A stretch of DNA of 64,000 nt from a virus (Duplodnaviria > Caudoviricetes): the IMG/VR virus record IMGVR_UViG_2671180089_000001, positions 62,325 to 126,324 of that record; one strand, written 5' to 3'. The notes below the pieces were generated by a model. The model saw nothing but the letters and a program-made list of their open reading frames with translations. It did not search any database and was not told where the DNA came from. Shown here in pieces: positions 62,130 to 64,000 of the stretch. Numbering within the stretch: position 1 is the stretch's first letter; the number at the start of each line of letters is the position of its first letter. The position numbers were made by a program, and so were the translations under genes.

Positions 62130-62160
62130 CGCGACACTAACGTTCCGCATCGCGCACTCT
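62130..62160 (+). promoter_or_regulatory. Late-promoter-like motif (orphan copy)
   Basis: CGCGAC ACTAAC N13 CACTCT. Confidence 0.72.
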
Positions 62161-62211
62161 TCGCTGGCTGCCCCACCCGGGGGAGCGACCCCGAGCACGA
62201 AGGAAGTGCGC

Positions 62212-62631
62212 ATGACTGCAACCTCTTGGACCCCGAAGCTCACCAACGTGGCCGGCGTCGACGGCACGACCGGCACCGGCAAGTACGTGTCGGCGAACGG
62301 CATCTGCACGTTCAGCGGGACGCTCGTGGCGAAGAAGGAGACCCAGGCGGCGTCCAGCGCCGGGTTCGGAATGACGCTGCCGGTTCCGGCCGTACCGGGC
62401 GTCCGCTACACCTTCAACCTCGAGTACGACGGTCGCGACGCCGACAACGGCGTGTGGACCGGTGAGGCGATGATCGCCGCCGGTTCGGACGGCTCGAAGA
62501 TCGACCGTCTGCGCGTGACGAGCGGCTCGAACGGCGCCGCGCTGCTGAACGTCGATCACCTCTACGGTGACGCCGAGGGGGCTGCGGAGGCGGAGATCAT
62601 CACGGTCACCGGCTCGTACCCGACCGCCTGA
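62212..62631 (+). CDS. Stand-alone tail-fibre-tip-like beta-sandwich protein
   Basis: SWTP.L...GKY...G...TLPV.A...TVTGSY pattern; preceded by structural-gene promoter motif. Confidence 0.6.
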   Translation: MTATSWTPKLTNVAGVDGTTGTGKYVSANGICTFSGTLVAKKETQAASSAGFGMTLPVPAVPGVRYTFNLEYDGRDADNGVWTGEAMIAAGSDGSKIDRLRVTSGSNGAALLNVDHLYGDAEGAAEAEIITVTGSYPTA

Positions 62632-62651
62632 CCCAGGGGTCACCCCAAGAA

Positions 62652-62690
62652 CCGAGGGGGCCGACGGACATCTTCCGTCGGCCCCCTCGG
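62652..62690 (+). terminator. Terminator hairpin
   Basis: CCGAGGGGGCCGACGGA-catct-TCCGTCGGCCCCCTCGG. Confidence 0.8.
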
Positions 62691-62708
62691 GCGTTCCCTG
62701 GACCAATG

Positions 62709-62786
62709 CATCTCATCCCATCCCAACTCATCACCCTAAACGAGATGGGATGAGATGGGATGGGATGAGTTCTTGAGGGGATGAGA
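62709..62786. repeat. Pentamer (GATGG/GATGA) repeats in inverted arrangement
   Basis: CATCTCATCCCATCC ... GAGATGGGATGAGATGGGATGGGATGAG. Confidence 0.85.
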
Positions 62787-63078
62787 CCGTGATAAAACGG
62801 GGCCCTCGTACGTCCATGACGGACCAGGAGCGAAGTCCATGAGCGAGCCCACCGCCGATGCCCCGGCCAGGGAGAGCGCAGGGCAAGAGACCTGCATCTT
62901 CCCGGGGTGTGGAGCGCCGAGAGGGCCGAAGAAGGACCCGAAGGCTGGGGTTATCTAGGGTCCGCAGGCACTTCATGCAGGTCAGACGGCATGACTCGCT
63001 GTCAGGCAAGTAAGGCAGGTAGCGTCGGAAACGGTTCGAGCGAACCGTTTCCTGACCCCTGTCCGGCGAGCAGCACCC

Positions 63079-63660
63079 CTATGCGGGTTCGCCGAACTCG
63101 GCGACGTAGGCCGCGTAGTTCTCCGAGAGGACGGCCCGCCCGGCTTCCGCGGTGAGGTGGTCGACCGAGGCGACGACCGGGACCTGCCGATCCTCGATGG
63201 TGGAGGTGATCAGCTCGATCCGGCGGGCCAGCTCGGCGACGACACTGGGAGCCGACTCGACCAGTAGCTTCCCGTCCCTCCACGAGAACCGCGGCGCCCG
63301 GCCGATGCCGGTACTGCGGACCTTCGTGGCCAGGAAGGCCGCGTGGCGGTACGGGAGGTCCGGGTTCTCGGTCAGCAGCAGGTAGACCCGCTCGGTGTCG
63401 CCTCCGTAGCCGACCAGGCCGGTGCACGGCTTAATCGGCCCGCCGGTGTTCCGCGCCGCCACCTCATAGACCCGGCACTCGGTGCAGCGGAAAAGGTCGG
63501 TGCTGCTCTCGTACTCGAACTCGTGGCCGCCGAACCCGTCGTCAGGCTCGGTGACGTCGGGGGCCGGGGCTTCGGCGGTGCGCAGGGCCTGGGTGTACTT
63601 GCCGCCCTGGCGTACGGCTTCGCGGGCGCGCTGCGCGGCGGTGGACTGCTTCTTCGGCAC
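63079..63660 (-). CDS. Hypothetical protein with short basic N-terminal motif and Zn ribbon
   Basis: GGAG RBS, GTG start PKKQSTAAQRAR...GKYTQALR; CTEC. Confidence 0.65.
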   Translation of the reverse strand: MPKKQSTAAQRAREAVRQGGKYTQALRTAEAPAPDVTEPDDGFGGHEFEYESSTDLFRCTECRVYEVAARNTGGPIKPCTGLVGYGGDTERVYLLLTENPDLPYRHAAFLATKVRSTGIGRAPRFSWRDGKLLVESAPSVVAELARRIELITSTIEDRQVPVVASVDHLTAEAGRAVLSENYAAYVAEFGEPA

Positions 63661-63825
63661 GGTCGACTCCAGCCTGGCGGTACTCCCACGCTCCCCGCCG
63701 GCGAATCGGGCCGGGACGGTCTGCTGCATTCGCGGGCCCCGGAGGACCTTGGCCGACTGTGCGCCGGGCGGCGTGGGCGCCCGGCGCAGCGGCGAACGGC
63801 GGTACGCGTCTGGCCGTGGGCTGTC
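63661..63825 (-). ncRNA. Candidate structured 5' leader RNA, copy 2
   Basis: CCCACGC...GGCGGGGAGCGTGGG; TACCGT -10-like hexamer upstream. Confidence 0.5.
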
Positions 63826-63881
63826 CACGGTAGAACACCCCTCTGACAGCAGAGCGAGCGGCGCGCGGCCGGGGCGGAGTG

Positions 63882-63939
63882 CGACTTTGTTTCGGTCGAA
63901 ACGAGGTTGCGCAACTTCGGTTCGGTCGAACCAAGGTTG
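63882..63939. promoter_or_regulatory. Tandem palindromic operators (30-bp period)
   Basis: TTCGGTCGAA cores at 63891 and 63921, each inside an extended palindrome. Confidence 0.7.
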
Positions 63940-64000
63940 AGGGTCGGCACGTATGCACGAACATGCCGTACGTGCCTGAACGACCCGGAGATATCTGTCA

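Larger units (their letters stand above)
1..64000. mobile_element. Part of a large actinomycete siphophage prophage or plasmid-phage (ends not in window)
   Basis: Ordered head-neck-tail module, tyrosine recombinase, FtsK/TraB-like gene, many small overlapping ORFs, no housekeeping genes. Confidence 0.9.

Noticed and set aside
63882-63939. Possible actinobacterial LexA (SOS) boxes
   Set aside because: Half-sites are in the opposite order and spacing (TTCG-N2-CGAA) to TCGAAC-N4-GTTCGA
62705-63940. Repeats considered as a CRISPR array
   Set aside because: No constant repeat with unique spacers and no cas genes

Overview
GC-rich actinomycete (Streptomyces-like) sequence that reads as one large temperate siphophage or plasmid-phage. 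Bases 1-37.7 kb (all minus strand) hold a virion morphogenesis module. In transcription order it encodes a portal-MuF fusion, a giant ~3,900-aa multidomain protein, an HK97-type prohead protease fused to a NUDIX hydrolase, major capsid, metallophosphoesterase, DNA methyltransferase, head-tail proteins, major tail protein, frameshifted tail chaperones, tape measure, Dit and minor tail/fibre proteins. No terminase or endolysin gene is recognisable in the window. Bases 37.8-51.4 kb form an accessory block with a complete ATP-grasp RiPP (graspetide) cluster plus PIMT-like methyltransferase, a HATPase/Xre/DUF397 regulatory triad and a Cre-like tyrosine recombinase. Bases 51.6-64 kb carry small early or plasmid-type genes, a RusA-like nuclease and an apparently deletion-fused FtsK/TraB. 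The main observations read directly from the DNA are: (i) a fixed-geometry 31-bp promoter-like motif in 13 copies, marking structural genes and one orphan gene 25 kb away; (ii) recurring E-x-K|S/A motifs at domain borders of head proteins, suggesting protease-released capsid cargo (NUDIX, MuF, giant protein); (iii) a conserved structured 5' leader in front of two otherwise unrelated genes that share a short N-terminal motif; (iv) several paired palindromic operators. All product calls come from motif recognition by eye; no database searches were run.
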